A stretch of DNA of 64,000 nt from an uncultured Phycisphaeraceae bacterium (GCA_964450325.1 CAYVFW010000001.1:12454-76453), one strand, 5' to 3'. Counted from the first letter of the stretch, positions 19,522 to 30,050 are shown. Notes: a model not told the origin generated them from the sequence alone. Numbers and translations are program-made.

Positions 19522-20208
19522 ATGCCCTCTGCCCGATCGATTTTAACTTTGACTGTCTCCGTCGCCACGCTCTCGCTCGCCGCTCATGGCAAAGTCGGGG
19601 GGACAGAAATCCAGCCAGCATTGGTTTCAGTTGAGCCTGCTCTTAACCCTGCGGTTGAACCAGGATCGGGGACTCTGCCTCTCGCGACCGAGTTAGACGC
19701 ATCCCCCGCTCGGGTTGAATATGGAGCCGAGGGCAGCCGATGGTGGATCATAACAACTGGCTGGGGCCACGGTATTACAAGTCAAGAGAGCGAAGAGGGC
19801 GAGGACATCAACCTTGCCGGGGCGTTCTCCTACTTTATCGTGAAGGATGTGGAAGTGAACGCGGAACTTGGTGCCTGGTATCACGACCAGAATGTAGACG
19901 ATGCCATCAGTGGTAACCTTTCGCTGGTTTTCCGCTGGCACTTTTACAACAATAACGATTGGACCATTTATGCGGACCTGGGAGTGGGAGCATTGGTCGC
20001 GAGCGATGAAGTGCCGCAGGAAGGCACCAACTTTGCCTTTACGCCGCGAGCGGGAGTGGGTTTTACCAAGCGGCTGGGCGATTGCGACACGAGGCTAATA
20101 GTCGGGCTTCGCTGGCAACACTTCTCCAACGCGCGCGTCTTCGGCGACGACGACAATCCTGGGCGCGACGATGTCATGGTCTATGCTGGCGTGGTCTTCC
20201 CCTTCTGA
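19522..20208 (+). CDS. PagL-like acyloxyacyl hydrolase / lipid A deacylase-family outer-membrane beta-barrel
   Basis: Signal peptide, alternating beta-strand pattern, C-terminal HFSNA (HxSN catalytic-type motif) and terminal aromatic VVFPF. Confidence 0.55.
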   Translation: MPSARSILTLTVSVATLSLAAHGKVGGTEIQPALVSVEPALNPAVEPGSGTLPLATELDASPARVEYGAEGSRWWIITTGWGHGITSQESEEGEDINLAGAFSYFIVKDVEVNAELGAWYHDQNVDDAISGNLSLVFRWHFYNNNDWTIYADLGVGALVASDEVPQEGTNFAFTPRAGVGFTKRLGDCDTRLIVGLRWQHFSNARVFGDDDNPGRDDVMVYAGVVFPF

Positions 20209-20229
20209 CTTTGCGTGCCAGAGGAAATC

Positions 20230-21225
20230 ATGTACGCCATAGGAATCGATATTGGCGGAACGAGCGTGAAAGCGGTAGTGCTCGGCGGGGGAGGTCCGGA
20301 GCTGCGAGCGCCACTTCCTCCCATCTACGCAAGTTATCACGACCAGCGCAACTCACAGCCGCATCAGGCTTTACGCGAAGTAGACGGTTATCCGCCACTT
20401 CCTGGGTATGCCAAAAGCGACCGGTATGTACGACCATCAATATCAGAGCTTCAGGCCGCAATTACTCAAGCACTTTGTCGTACGGGATGCTGGGCTAACG
20501 GCGAACTCGCCACTGTTGGGCTCTGTTTGCCTGGTGCGGTTGACGCATCGGGTATTGTAGTCCGGAGCGTGAACATCCCTGAGCTTGCGGGCCAGGATCC
20601 GCTCGCGTTACTCCAAAGTGTGGTTCTCTTGCCGCCCGATGCGCCTCCCCTTGTCAGGCTGACCGATGCCTTCGCCGCGGGGGCTGATGTCTATTTGAGC
20701 CAGAATCGCACGGATCGGCTCTTGGCGATCTCTTTGGGCACGGGAGTTGGGGCGGCGGTGATCGATGCGGGGTGTAAACAACTGATTCTCCACGGGGAAT
20801 CTTCCGGGCATTTCGGTCAGATGGATGTAAGTATTGACGACGGGAGGGCCGTGCCTATCGGACCCGATGGTGGCCGTGGGAGCCTAGAGGCTTACATTGG
20901 TTTACCCGCGCTCGTAAAAGTATTGGGTTCCACCGACGATCACGCCATTGAAAGTCTCGATGCTCGCGATTTGCCGCTGCGGGCGTTAACTCGCGCCCTG
21001 CGAATCGCGCATGCCATTTATAAGCCAGATGCAGTAGTGCTGCTTGGTGGGGTTGGCATCCGGCTACGCCGCGCGTTACCGGAACTCAACGCCCAAGTTG
21101 CCATAAACCTCACAAGCATCGCAAAGCCCCATGCGCGGATCGAGTGCGGCCAGCACGATTATCACGCCGCGGCTGGCTGTGCACGATGGGCGGCGCGATC
21201 TGTAACTGCTAAGCGGGCGTCTTGA
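20230..21225 (+). CDS. ROK-family sugar kinase-like protein
   Basis: N-terminal ATPase motif YAIGIDIGGTSVKAVV and GTGVGAAVI. GAGGAAA Shine-Dalgarno lies upstream of ATG 20230. Confidence 0.72.
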   Translation: MYAIGIDIGGTSVKAVVLGGGGPELRAPLPPIYASYHDQRNSQPHQALREVDGYPPLPGYAKSDRYVRPSISELQAAITQALCRTGCWANGELATVGLCLPGAVDASGIVVRSVNIPELAGQDPLALLQSVVLLPPDAPPLVRLTDAFAAGADVYLSQNRTDRLLAISLGTGVGAAVIDAGCKQLILHGESSGHFGQMDVSIDDGRAVPIGPDGGRGSLEAYIGLPALVKVLGSTDDHAIESLDARDLPLRALTRALRIAHAIYKPDAVVLLGGVGIRLRRALPELNAQVAINLTSIAKPHARIECGQHDYHAAAGCARWAARSVTAKRAS

Positions 21226-21546
21226 TCGGGCAGACCGTGCAGACGCACCCCGTGGAAAGATCCTCGCTCACTGCCCTTGACGACATACTCGTCACGCGTG
21301 CGCTTATTGTCCCGCCCGGCGAAGGCGGCACAGGCTACATGCATCGCGTTCCATTCCTGATCGAAGGCTCCAACTTGGCTTTCCTGCGGACGATAGCAGA
21401 GCGTCCTCATGCAAGTCGGGTACTTATGCCCGGCAAGCGTCCCGAGGATAACATCAAAAAGATACGGTTCATCGCTCCGACGTTTTTAACGCGAAGGAGC
21501 GAGACGACGTAAGTCGTGCAAAACCGTATCCGCTACGGAGAGCACG

Positions 21547-23094
21547 ATGAGTCGCATTAATACCAACGTTCAGTCGATGATAACCCAGCGCGTACTAGCG
21601 ACCAACAACGCGAATCTTTCGCAGTCGTTGGAACGCTTAAGCACGGGCTTACGCGTGAACAGAGGAAAGGATGACCCCGCGGGTCTGATTGCTAGCGAGA
21701 ATCTCCGTAACGAGCAGCGAGGGCTTTCCGCCGCGGTGAGTAACGCTGAACGCGCGGATCAAGTTGCGAACGTCGCGGAGAGCGGCCTTGCCGAAGTCTC
21801 CGGGCTACTGAGCGAACTACAGGGGCTTGTCACGACGACCGCCAACCGAGCGGGTTTAAGCAACGAGGAACGGCAGGCGAATCAACTCGTCGTCGACTCA
21901 ATCCTTCAGACCATTGACCGCGTCTCCTCCAGCACCAACTTCCAAGGGATTAAGTTGCTTAACGGCAACATGGACTACAAGACAAGCTCGCTCAACAGCG
22001 GCGTATCCGATTTCCGCATCGGCTCGGCCAAGTTCTCCGGTGCCACTCTGGGTGTTGATGTACTTATAACGCAATCGGCTCAGCAAGGCGGGATGTTCCT
22101 CTCAATGGGCGGAACTACCCTTAACCTGAACACCGCGTCCTCTTTTGTAATTGAAATATCCGGGTCCAAGGGAAGTCGCGAGCTCTCCTTCGCATCGGGA
22201 ACCTCGCTCGCTACGATGGTAAGCACCGTCAACCGGTTCACCGACGTCACCGGAGTCACCGCCTCGCTCTCGTCCATTTCTTCGACACGCGTTTCGCTCG
22301 CCACTAGCGAGTTTGGTTCGGCCGAGTTCGCCTCGGTACGGGTCATTAACTCCGCCGGGCTCAACAGCACGAACAATGGTGTTGCTGCGGCGACAAGGGG
22401 CGTTTACAGCAAAGCGGCCTCAGCGTTTAATACAGCTAACACGACAATTGCTAGCACCTTTGTGAACGCGAGTAACGCGGTCCGCGATTTGGGGCAGGAT
22501 GTGGGCGGGACCATCAACGGAATGACTATGACGGGCCGGGGGAAAGTGGCCAAGGTAAATGGCGACGTGCTCGACGCCGAACTAACGCTCTCAACCAGTC
22601 GCGCACAGACTATGGGGAACGTCGGCACGGGGACTAACTCTGCGTTCTACATCACCGGCGGTGGTGCTGAGTTCCATCTCGAGGGCCGGGTGAGTTTGAA
22701 CGGCAAAGCCTCGCTGGGGCTCCAATCCATCTCGGTCAGCAAGCTGGGTAATAGCACGGCTGGCTTCCTGAAGACGCTGGGGAACGGACAGGCCAACAAC
22801 CTAGTCAATGGCAACCAGGACTCGGCTCAGAAAATAATCGCCGAGGCGATCTCCCAGGTCTCTTCAGCGCGCGGCAGGGTGGGCACGTTCCAACGTAACG
22901 TAGTCGGCGGAACTATTCGTAACCTTAACGTCGCGATCGAGAACACAGCAGCCGCAGCATCGATCATCCGTGATGCCGATTTCGCCTCCGAAACCGCCGC
23001 ACTCACCCGTTCGCAGATTCTGGTCTCGGCGTCGACCAACATCCTCTCGCTCGCCAATCAGGCTCCGAACTCGGCGTTGCAGCTGCTGGGGTAA
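21547..23094 (+). CDS. fliC: flagellin
   Basis: Conserved D0/D1 termini: MSRINTNVQSMITQRVLATNNANLSQSLERLSTGLRVNRGKDDPAGLIASE and C-terminal LTRSQILVSASTNILSLANQAPNSALQLLG. Ser/Thr/Asn/Gly-rich variable centre. GGAG lies 7 nt upstream of the ATG. Confidence 0.93.
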   Translation: MSRINTNVQSMITQRVLATNNANLSQSLERLSTGLRVNRGKDDPAGLIASENLRNEQRGLSAAVSNAERADQVANVAESGLAEVSGLLSELQGLVTTTANRAGLSNEERQANQLVVDSILQTIDRVSSSTNFQGIKLLNGNMDYKTSSLNSGVSDFRIGSAKFSGATLGVDVLITQSAQQGGMFLSMGGTTLNLNTASSFVIEISGSKGSRELSFASGTSLATMVSTVNRFTDVTGVTASLSSISSTRVSLATSEFGSAEFASVRVINSAGLNSTNNGVAAATRGVYSKAASAFNTANTTIASTFVNASNAVRDLGQDVGGTINGMTMTGRGKVAKVNGDVLDAELTLSTSRAQTMGNVGTGTNSAFYITGGGAEFHLEGRVSLNGKASLGLQSISVSKLGNSTAGFLKTLGNGQANNLVNGNQDSAQKIIAEAISQVSSARGRVGTFQRNVVGGTIRNLNVAIENTAAAASIIRDADFASETAALTRSQILVSASTNILSLANQAPNSALQLLG

Positions 23095-23242
23095 GTCTCA
23101 CCAAAGCGGCAGATGTAAGTATTCCGAGCGAGTGACGGATCTCTTCGGGCTTTTGGACTCCCGCGCGCCCCGGCGGGAAGAGTACGCGGAATGCTTACGT
23201 TGGTTCACTCGCACTGTGTCCGTCGTCGGCTTGGCCTTCGCC

Positions 23243-25231
23243 TCACTCATGCGCTTGAGATTCCTCCATAAAATGGACGATGGCCTGAACCAGGTGCTCG
23301 CCGATATCCTCAATCTTCGCGGCGGAGAGCCCGGGAACCAACTGCAATTTTTCAGAGGTTTGTGGGACCATCCGAACCAATGCGAGCAGCGTGTTCTCAT
23401 CGAACAGCATAAATGGTGCGACACCGCGGCGGCCTGCAAGCCTTGCCCGCACCTCGCGCAATCTGGTTCTCAGGTTCTTCTCGACGCGTGTCAAGCGCTC
23501 GCGCTCGTCGACGCGTTTCAAGAAATCGCTGGGCCGGCGCGGGGGCCGCGCCGCGCGCGACTTGGCACGAATCAGTGACGGTAACTCAAGGGGATCATCG
23601 CTTCTTAGAAACTCCAGCCCCACAGGCGTGCATTGTAATTTGCTTTGCTCGTCAGCGACAACCAACCCTGCCCCTGACAGATCGGATAAAATGCCGCTCA
23701 CCTGGGGAGCGGTAAACCCGTGCAAAAGCCCGAAGGTCGGGAGAAGGTGCAGCCCGGCCCCGGTCGCGGCGGCCGACGGACTGCCGGTGAGCAGATCCAT
23801 GATCGACGTTACTTCGCTGGCTGGAGAACACTGTACCACAGCACGCAGAACAATCCGTCCGATCCCGGCGTGTGGCTGCGTAAGCACCTGGGAATGACAA
23901 ACATCGCATGCGCCGCAGAATGTGCGTGGATAATCCTGACCAAAGTAAGCGGAGAGCGTGCGGTGCCTGCACGTACCCGTGCTGATGGCAAACGAAAGCA
24001 TACTCTCGAGCAGCACCTCCTGCTGCTTTCGGATAACCGCGCTGAGTGTGGGGTTATCAACGCCTGATGCGCTCTGTTTGATGAGATACCGCCACGCGTC
24101 GGCATCGTCGGCGTGATATAACAAATAACAAGTCGATGGGAGCCCGTCCCGCCCTGCTCGGCCGGTTTCCTGTTGATACGCCTCGATTGATTTGGGCAGA
24201 TTCGCGTGAATAACGCGCCGCACATCACTGCGATCAATCCCCATGCCGAAGGCGACAGTCGCGACGACCACGTTGAGCTTCTCGTGCATGAACGCGCGCT
24301 GAACGGCCTCTCGCACCCCGTGGTCAAGCCCCGCGTGATACGCCTTGGCCTCGACTCCAAGTGCCACCAACGCCGCCGCGAGCCCTTCGGTGTCTGCCCT
24401 GCGGATGCAATAAACTATAACCGCTCCATTGCTTACTTCATTGATAAGTTTAGCAACCTGTTTCGCATACGGGACGGCTCCCGCTTTTCCCGGCCGCTTG
24501 CGGGAGAATCGCCCTTCGTCACCCTCACCCGCGTTGCGCGATACCACGCGGTAAGTCAGGTTCGGTCGATCAAATGTCCCGACCATAACCTGCGGTGATC
24601 GCAATCGTAACTGATCACAGATGTCCTCACGCACGCGCGGGGTGGCAGTCGCGGTAAAGGCGTGGATGCTCGCGCCGGGAAAGGTCTTCGCGAGCAGCGC
24701 GAGCCGACGATATTCCGGGATGAAGTCGTGCCCCCATTGGCTGATGCAGTGGGCTTCGTCTATGAATATTGCCGCGACTCCGCACGCGCTAAACCGAGCC
24801 ACAAACCCGGGCGAGGCAATGCGCTTAGCGGACACATAAATTAACTTAATCTCGCCCGCCGCGCAGGCCGCTTCGATTCGCTCAGATTCGTTGTCATCCT
24901 GGCCGCTGTAGAGCGCAGCGGCCGGGTACCCGTTAGCTACCAACCCATCCACCTGATCCTTCATTAACGCAATTAATGGTGAGACCACGACGCACAGCCG
25001 CCCCATGACTACCGCAGGCAACTGAAAGCAAAGGCTTTTCCCCCCGCCGGTAGGCATCACCAATAGCGAGTCCCTCCTCTGGAGCACGGCCCGCACCGCC
25101 TGGGCCTGCCCTCCGCGCAGCTGATCATAACCCCAATACTTCTTAAGGGCATTCATTACGACCGCACGGCTGTACGTGCGCGATGGCTGGGGCCACGGAT
25201 CTCCGGAGTCTGAGGCGGTTAACTTGCTCAC
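23243..25231 (-). CDS. recQ: ATP-dependent DNA helicase RecQ
   Basis: Helicase motifs MPTGGGKSLCFQLP and DEAHCISQWGHDF, RecQ zinc-binding Cys cluster CRHR...CGACDVC, and a C-terminal HRDC-like region. The start could instead be at Met26 (25156). Confidence 0.92.
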   Translation of the reverse strand: MSKLTASDSGDPWPQPSRTYSRAVVMNALKKYWGYDQLRGGQAQAVRAVLQRRDSLLVMPTGGGKSLCFQLPAVVMGRLCVVVSPLIALMKDQVDGLVANGYPAAALYSGQDDNESERIEAACAAGEIKLIYVSAKRIASPGFVARFSACGVAAIFIDEAHCISQWGHDFIPEYRRLALLAKTFPGASIHAFTATATPRVREDICDQLRLRSPQVMVGTFDRPNLTYRVVSRNAGEGDEGRFSRKRPGKAGAVPYAKQVAKLINEVSNGAVIVYCIRRADTEGLAAALVALGVEAKAYHAGLDHGVREAVQRAFMHEKLNVVVATVAFGMGIDRSDVRRVIHANLPKSIEAYQQETGRAGRDGLPSTCYLLYHADDADAWRYLIKQSASGVDNPTLSAVIRKQQEVLLESMLSFAISTGTCRHRTLSAYFGQDYPRTFCGACDVCHSQVLTQPHAGIGRIVLRAVVQCSPASEVTSIMDLLTGSPSAAATGAGLHLLPTFGLLHGFTAPQVSGILSDLSGAGLVVADEQSKLQCTPVGLEFLRSDDPLELPSLIRAKSRAARPPRRPSDFLKRVDERERLTRVEKNLRTRLREVRARLAGRRGVAPFMLFDENTLLALVRMVPQTSEKLQLVPGLSAAKIEDIGEHLVQAIVHFMEESQAHE

Positions 25232-25262
25232 ATCCGCACCGGCCGCTGTTTACGTAGCCTTA

Positions 25263-26510
25263 TCAAGTCGCCGCCTCCGGGATTAACGCCGCCCGCCGAT
25301 CTGCTTGCAAACGCCGATGTAAACTCCACATCTGTGCCGCGCTCCAGACGAAGGCAATCGTCGCCATGATGAGCGGCAGCACAAACGAAGCCGTAAGGTG
25401 ATAAATCCAAACACCCAACCCCTGAAAGACGATACCTCGCAGCCCGACAAGGGTTGCGTGGATGGCCACATATTGGGGAACTTTCGATGGCTCGGGCGCG
25501 AGCGAAACTGGCCCCAGCGTCCATCCCATGCTCGTCGCCGCGTGGGCGATGCCGTAGAGAAAGCTTATGACGCAGAGCTGCGCGAAGCTCGTGGCGAGCA
25601 TCAGGCCCACCGGATACAGCGCCAGAAGCCCGAACGAAATTCCCACCGACCGCACAGCGCCAATACGATCAATAAGATATCCTGAGGGCCACATCATAAG
25701 TACAAGCCCCACCAAGTACGAGACTTGGATTGATAGCGCAAACTCGTCATAATCTAGATTGAGCTTTTTCGTCGCGATGAACGGCACTAGGGCATAGCAC
25801 ACCATCCACCCGACGCCGTAAGTCATGTACGCCGCTTCATAACGTGCAAAGACTGGGTCGGCTTTGAGCACGGCCGACATCTGCAGTATTGGCCGGAGCA
25901 GCCGCTCCTGCATCGGTGTCTGATCACGCTCCTTCACCCGCCCTACATCCGCGCTTACTTGCTTCGCCAGATATACGAAGATCGCAGCGCCGATGAACTG
26001 CAAGCACACCGCGATGGGGAGAAAAATGCGAAACGCTTCGGGATGATGCGAAAGCCATACTCCCATCCCATAGCTCATCGCTCCATTGGCTAGATACATA
26101 AGCCCTGAGATGACTCCGAATGCCCTCCCCCTCGCCTTGTCCGGATAGATCCGCTTGAGCAGCTCGCCCGCGGCGGGATAATAACCCGCCCCACCAATTG
26201 CGCACACCGCATAAGGTATAAGCAGCATTGCGTAACCGGACGTAGCAGCGATGAGTACCATCGGCAGACAAGCCACCAACCAGAACGTAAGCATGTACGT
26301 GACGAATCGCCGATGCGAGAAGAGGTCACCCCAAAAGATGGAAACGGTGAAAAACGCCACCGGAATGGTGGTGATCAGCAGCGTCTGCAGCTTGTCAGTT
26401 TCGAAGGCTTTGCGCGCAATCGCTGGCATCATCCCGACCACCGCCATCGATGTGCCCAGAATAAGAATGACCCCGAGAATATGGAGAACTAAGAGCGATT
26501 TTCGAGGCAC
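25263..26510 (-). CDS. MFS transporter
   Basis: 415-aa ORF with about 12 hydrophobic segments and an MFS-like loop motif DKARGRAFG. Confidence 0.78.
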   Translation of the reverse strand: MPRKSLLVLHILGVILILGTSMAVVGMMPAIARKAFETDKLQTLLITTIPVAFFTVSIFWGDLFSHRRFVTYMLTFWLVACLPMVLIAATSGYAMLLIPYAVCAIGGAGYYPAAGELLKRIYPDKARGRAFGVISGLMYLANGAMSYGMGVWLSHHPEAFRIFLPIAVCLQFIGAAIFVYLAKQVSADVGRVKERDQTPMQERLLRPILQMSAVLKADPVFARYEAAYMTYGVGWMVCYALVPFIATKKLNLDYDEFALSIQVSYLVGLVLMMWPSGYLIDRIGAVRSVGISFGLLALYPVGLMLATSFAQLCVISFLYGIAHAATSMGWTLGPVSLAPEPSKVPQYVAIHATLVGLRGIVFQGLGVWIYHLTASFVLPLIMATIAFVWSAAQMWSLHRRLQADRRAALIPEAAT

Positions 26511-26607
26511 GCGTAATCGTAGCTGGAGTTGTGGACGCTCCGACAGGCGTGCCGGTTGTATGCGGCGCGTTCGTTAGCTCGCACACTAAAGGGATTTGCC
26601 TCGAGCG

Positions 26608-28437
26608 CTAAGTGCCTGGCTTGAGTTCCTTTGCGGGCGAGGGCTGCGCTTCGGGTTTGGGCGGCTCACGGGGCAGCAGCCCCGGGGCGCACGCGAGGCG
26701 ATACGCCACGACGGCGGTGTTGGTTGCGGACTGCACCAGATACTCCGGAATGGCGAGGTCAAGTTTATCAAACTGGGTGTGCCAGCCATGCCCGTAATCA
26801 GCGCGACCTACTTCCTCCCAGAAAAAGCCTGGTACACCCGCCGCGTTGAAGGTCGCGTGATCTGAACCGCCCCCACTGGGATTACGTTCTCCATTCTTAC
26901 GAATATTAACATTAAGCCATTGACCATCGGTTACGCTAAAGAACTGAAAGTTTGTCGGGGCGGTCGCTGCGGCAAGATAATCAGCCATTACATCGGCGCA
27001 TCGCAGCCCACCCTGATAGTTCGTGCCTCCGTCATCCACAAACACCGCTGAGACGTGCGCCAGCACTTCCTGGTGCTTTTCAGCGTAACCCTTGCTCCCT
27101 AGGAGTCCCTGTTCTTCGCCGGTCCAGTTAATGAACCGGATGGTTCGCAAGGGCCGGGCACCCACCGCCGCGAGAATTCGCGCCGCTTCGAGGGTGACCG
27201 CTGTGCCGGTGCCGTTGTCGGTACACCCCTCCGAGCCCGGGCCGTTCCATGTATCCAGATGGGCTGAAACGATGATGACCTCGTTTGGCTTGTGCGTGCC
27301 CACAATTTCGGCGATGGTGTTGAACAGGGGTATAGGACCGCGCGTCAAGGTGTGAGACAGGTCGGCGCTAAAAACAATTGGATCGTTGTCGGCGAGCCTT
27401 GAGTTGATGTAATCGTAATCGCTCAACCGCACCTGCACGTGAACATCAGGTGGGATCGTGTCAAAGTCTAGCGTGCTCCAACCCGGAATCGCGCCTGTCC
27501 ACACCCGCTCATCGCGCGATGTTGAGATATAACCAGCAACACCGTCGAACGCGATTCTTTCGGGGATTGACATCTCCGCCGCCGCGGTGCCCTCCGCGAG
27601 CTTCCTGCGAGCGTCCTTGCGGACGTCGTAGCGCGTGCCCATCCCGCTTCGAATACCCCGCTGGCCAACAGGTGCGGGCGCTTTAATAAGCACCCACGCG
27701 CCCGCCAGTTTATCCTTCACCTTCTCGTATTCTTCTTCATTTTGCGGCTCGCGGACGATGTGTCCCTGAAGCTCGCCCTTTGTTCCCGCTGCCCAAGCCA
27801 GCGTCGTAAGCTCGCAATCGCGAAGCTTGTCGAAGGTGACTTCAATAACGGCCTCAGCCGCCTTTTTCTCCCCTTCAGCGGCCGTGGCGTCCTTGTTCTC
27901 GTCGTTCTCTTTGGCGTTGCCAGTTGCCTTCGGCACGTCCTTCTTCCGCTCTTTTCGTAATAATACTTTGGCAGAAGATGGCCCACGATCAAACCGCACG
28001 CTGATCTCGCTGTATTGATCGAGCGAAGCGTTGCTCAGCCCCCACGCGGCGTACTGATCACGGCACCAGTGGTTCGCAGCCTCGGCCGCGCTCGAACCGG
28101 TAAGCCGAGCACCAATTACTTTCGAGAGGTGGGTGAGATGATTCATCACCTGATTGCGCCGTTTACCTTCGTCGAGAATCGACCTGACAACCACCTCATC
28201 GCCCATGGGAATTTCGGGAGCGGCCATACTTGCGCCTTCCACCACCGCCGTCCATCCGTGAGAGTTGCGCGGGCGCTCACGATCAAGCTTCGCCGCAACG
28301 TCATTCATGTCGCCATTAGCTGCGGGCGCGACCGGGGTGGGCGCGTTTCGCAGGCTCGCCCCGAGCGCGGAACCGCAGAGGAGCATAAGAATCAAAACTG
28401 AATTCACGCCGGAAGCAGACCGCAATGGATATAACAT
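26608..28437 (-). CDS. secreted M28-family aminopeptidase
   Basis: Signal peptide. M28 metal-binding region IIVSAHLDTWNGPGSEGCTDNGTGTAVTLEAARIL and WTGEEQGLLGS. Confidence 0.8.
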   Translation of the reverse strand: MLYPLRSASGVNSVLILMLLCGSALGASLRNAPTPVAPAANGDMNDVAAKLDRERPRNSHGWTAVVEGASMAAPEIPMGDEVVVRSILDEGKRRNQVMNHLTHLSKVIGARLTGSSAAEAANHWCRDQYAAWGLSNASLDQYSEISVRFDRGPSSAKVLLRKERKKDVPKATGNAKENDENKDATAAEGEKKAAEAVIEVTFDKLRDCELTTLAWAAGTKGELQGHIVREPQNEEEYEKVKDKLAGAWVLIKAPAPVGQRGIRSGMGTRYDVRKDARRKLAEGTAAAEMSIPERIAFDGVAGYISTSRDERVWTGAIPGWSTLDFDTIPPDVHVQVRLSDYDYINSRLADNDPIVFSADLSHTLTRGPIPLFNTIAEIVGTHKPNEVIIVSAHLDTWNGPGSEGCTDNGTGTAVTLEAARILAAVGARPLRTIRFINWTGEEQGLLGSKGYAEKHQEVLAHVSAVFVDDGGTNYQGGLRCADVMADYLAAATAPTNFQFFSVTDGQWLNVNIRKNGERNPSGGGSDHATFNAAGVPGFFWEEVGRADYGHGWHTQFDKLDLAIPEYLVQSATNTAVVAYRLACAPGLLPREPPKPEAQPSPAKELKPGT

Positions 28438-28656
28438 AATTTTAATCGCGGGGTAGTTGTGAGCCGGTGAGTACCAAGCCTTGGTCCCGCGGCTTACCGG
28501 CCGGTCGCTGCGGAATCCATACGAAGTTTAGCCGCCTTCGCGTCATTGGTCCCGGTCGGCCCTGACTTGTCGAAACCGTCGCGAGCGTGTTGGCCGTTCC
28601 GGATAACAGCCTGCTTTCCGATGCTTGCTGCGTAGGTACGGATTATCATTGAGACT

Positions 28657-29019
28657 ATGGCCCATAACGGACTCTTCGCAGGAACACCGCTCGAACGGCC
28701 TGTCACGTGCGAGCAGTGCCAAAAACCAATGGCAGCCTGCTCCTGCTCGCGCGATAAGTCGGGGAGGCTGCTCCGACCGGCACAACAGGACGTGCGGGTC
28801 CGAAGGGAGAAGCGGAACGGGAAGTTTGTGACAGTAATCGCTGGGCTCGATCCCCACGCGCACGACCTTGTGCTGTTGCTTAAAGAGTTCAAGTCCTCGC
28901 TGGGCGCAGGAGGCACGGTGAACAAGACGGGGGAAATTGAAATTCAGGGCGATCACGCGGACAAGCTCACCCAGCACTTCAAGAATCGAGGTTTCGCGGC
29001 CAAGCGTTCGGGCGGTTGA
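28657..29019 (+). CDS. yciH: SUI1/YciH-family translation initiation factor-like protein
   Basis: 120-aa ORF with SUI1 pattern VRVRREKRNGKFVTVIAGL...LKEFKSSLGAGGTV...IEIQGDHADKL. Confidence 0.85.
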   Translation: MAHNGLFAGTPLERPVTCEQCQKPMAACSCSRDKSGRLLRPAQQDVRVRREKRNGKFVTVIAGLDPHAHDLVLLLKEFKSSLGAGGTVNKTGEIEIQGDHADKLTQHFKNRGFAAKRSGG

Positions 29020-29130
29020 GAGCACAGCGCGCCTCCGCACCGCCCGGCCCGGGGACGAAGAGGCTTTAGCCCTGTGAACAATCGGGGCTCAAAGAAAGCG
29101 CTTGCTGGCCCTTACCAGAGAGATCTCGGA

Positions 29131-29158
29131 TGTGGACGATCATTTGTGGACGATCATT
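29131..29158. repeat. perfect tandem duplication of a 14-nt unit TGTGGACGATCATT
   Basis: Read directly: two adjacent identical copies at 29131-29144 and 29145-29158. The second copy ends in the phoU stop codon (minus strand). Confidence 0.85.
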
Positions 29159-29883
29159 TAACCCGCGGTCTTCGTGCTATGCACTCGCTCCCAGGAACTG
29201 TGCCCGTGTCGCACCACAGCACCGGTAGTTAAATAAATCACCTGTTCGGCGATGTTGCTGCAGTGATCGGCGATAATCTCGCAAGCGGTGGCAATTTCGT
29301 GGAGCGAGAATGCAAAGTCCGCCGTCATTTCGTTACGGGCTAACTTAATCTCCGCGCTCCGCAGGACCGCGTCCTTAAAGGCGGTTACAGCATGCTGACT
29401 CTGTAGAACGATATTGGCCAGGGCCGGGTCCAACTGTTCTACGGAAGAGTTTACATCGCGCACGATCCCCAAGACACTGTTGGCCATGACTCGGAAGGTA
29501 TCGGGCAAGCACTGTCCGCCGTTGCCCGCCATCACCTTGCTGCTCAACACCATCTCCGCCAGTTCGACCGCCACGTCGGCGGTACGCTCCAACTCGTTGT
29601 TCACTTTTACGATCGTAAGCACGAGCCGCAACTGGCTTTCGCTCAACTGCGCGCCGCTGCCGGTTGCCTCGGTGAGAAGTTCGACACAACTCCGCTCGAG
29701 TGCAACGTCAACGGCATCGACAATGTCGTCATGAGCCACTACCCACGCCGCGCGATCGCTGGATGCAAGAAAAATCGCTTCAAAGGCCGCATCAACCATC
29801 GCCTGGACACGCCGACCCTGGCCCACGAGTTCATCGCGGAGGCTCGCCGTCGTGTTCACAAATCTTTCGGTCGTCGTCGGCAT
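29158..29883 (-). CDS. phoU: PhoU-family phosphate signalling protein
   Basis: Two PhoU repeats with the E/D-x-x-x-D type helices: NNELERTADVAVELAEMV and LHEIATACEIIADHCSNIAEQVIY. Confidence 0.82.
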   Translation of the reverse strand: MPTTTERFVNTTASLRDELVGQGRRVQAMVDAAFEAIFLASSDRAAWVVAHDDIVDAVDVALERSCVELLTEATGSGAQLSESQLRLVLTIVKVNNELERTADVAVELAEMVLSSKVMAGNGGQCLPDTFRVMANSVLGIVRDVNSSVEQLDPALANIVLQSQHAVTAFKDAVLRSAEIKLARNEMTADFAFSLHEIATACEIIADHCSNIAEQVIYLTTGAVVRHGHSSWERVHSTKTAG

Positions 29884-30050
29884 AATGTTTGCTCTAGTGG
29901 CACTCTAACTACTCGAGGATCTCCCGCCATCATAACTCTTACTCCACCGCTCAACCCGGCACAACAGATCAGCCAGAGCAATTACTGCTGTTGATTTGAC
30001 CGGGCCTGAAGAAGACCAGCTCTTCGGTTGTAATACCAAGGGTAGTGCGG

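Noticed and set aside
21162-21512. Two mutually antisense ORFs (82 aa minus, 96 aa plus) upstream of fliC
   Set aside because: Both show similar third-position GC bias, neither has a recognisable motif or good ribosome-binding site, and one overlaps the ROK gene 3' end. I cannot support either as a gene from sequence alone.
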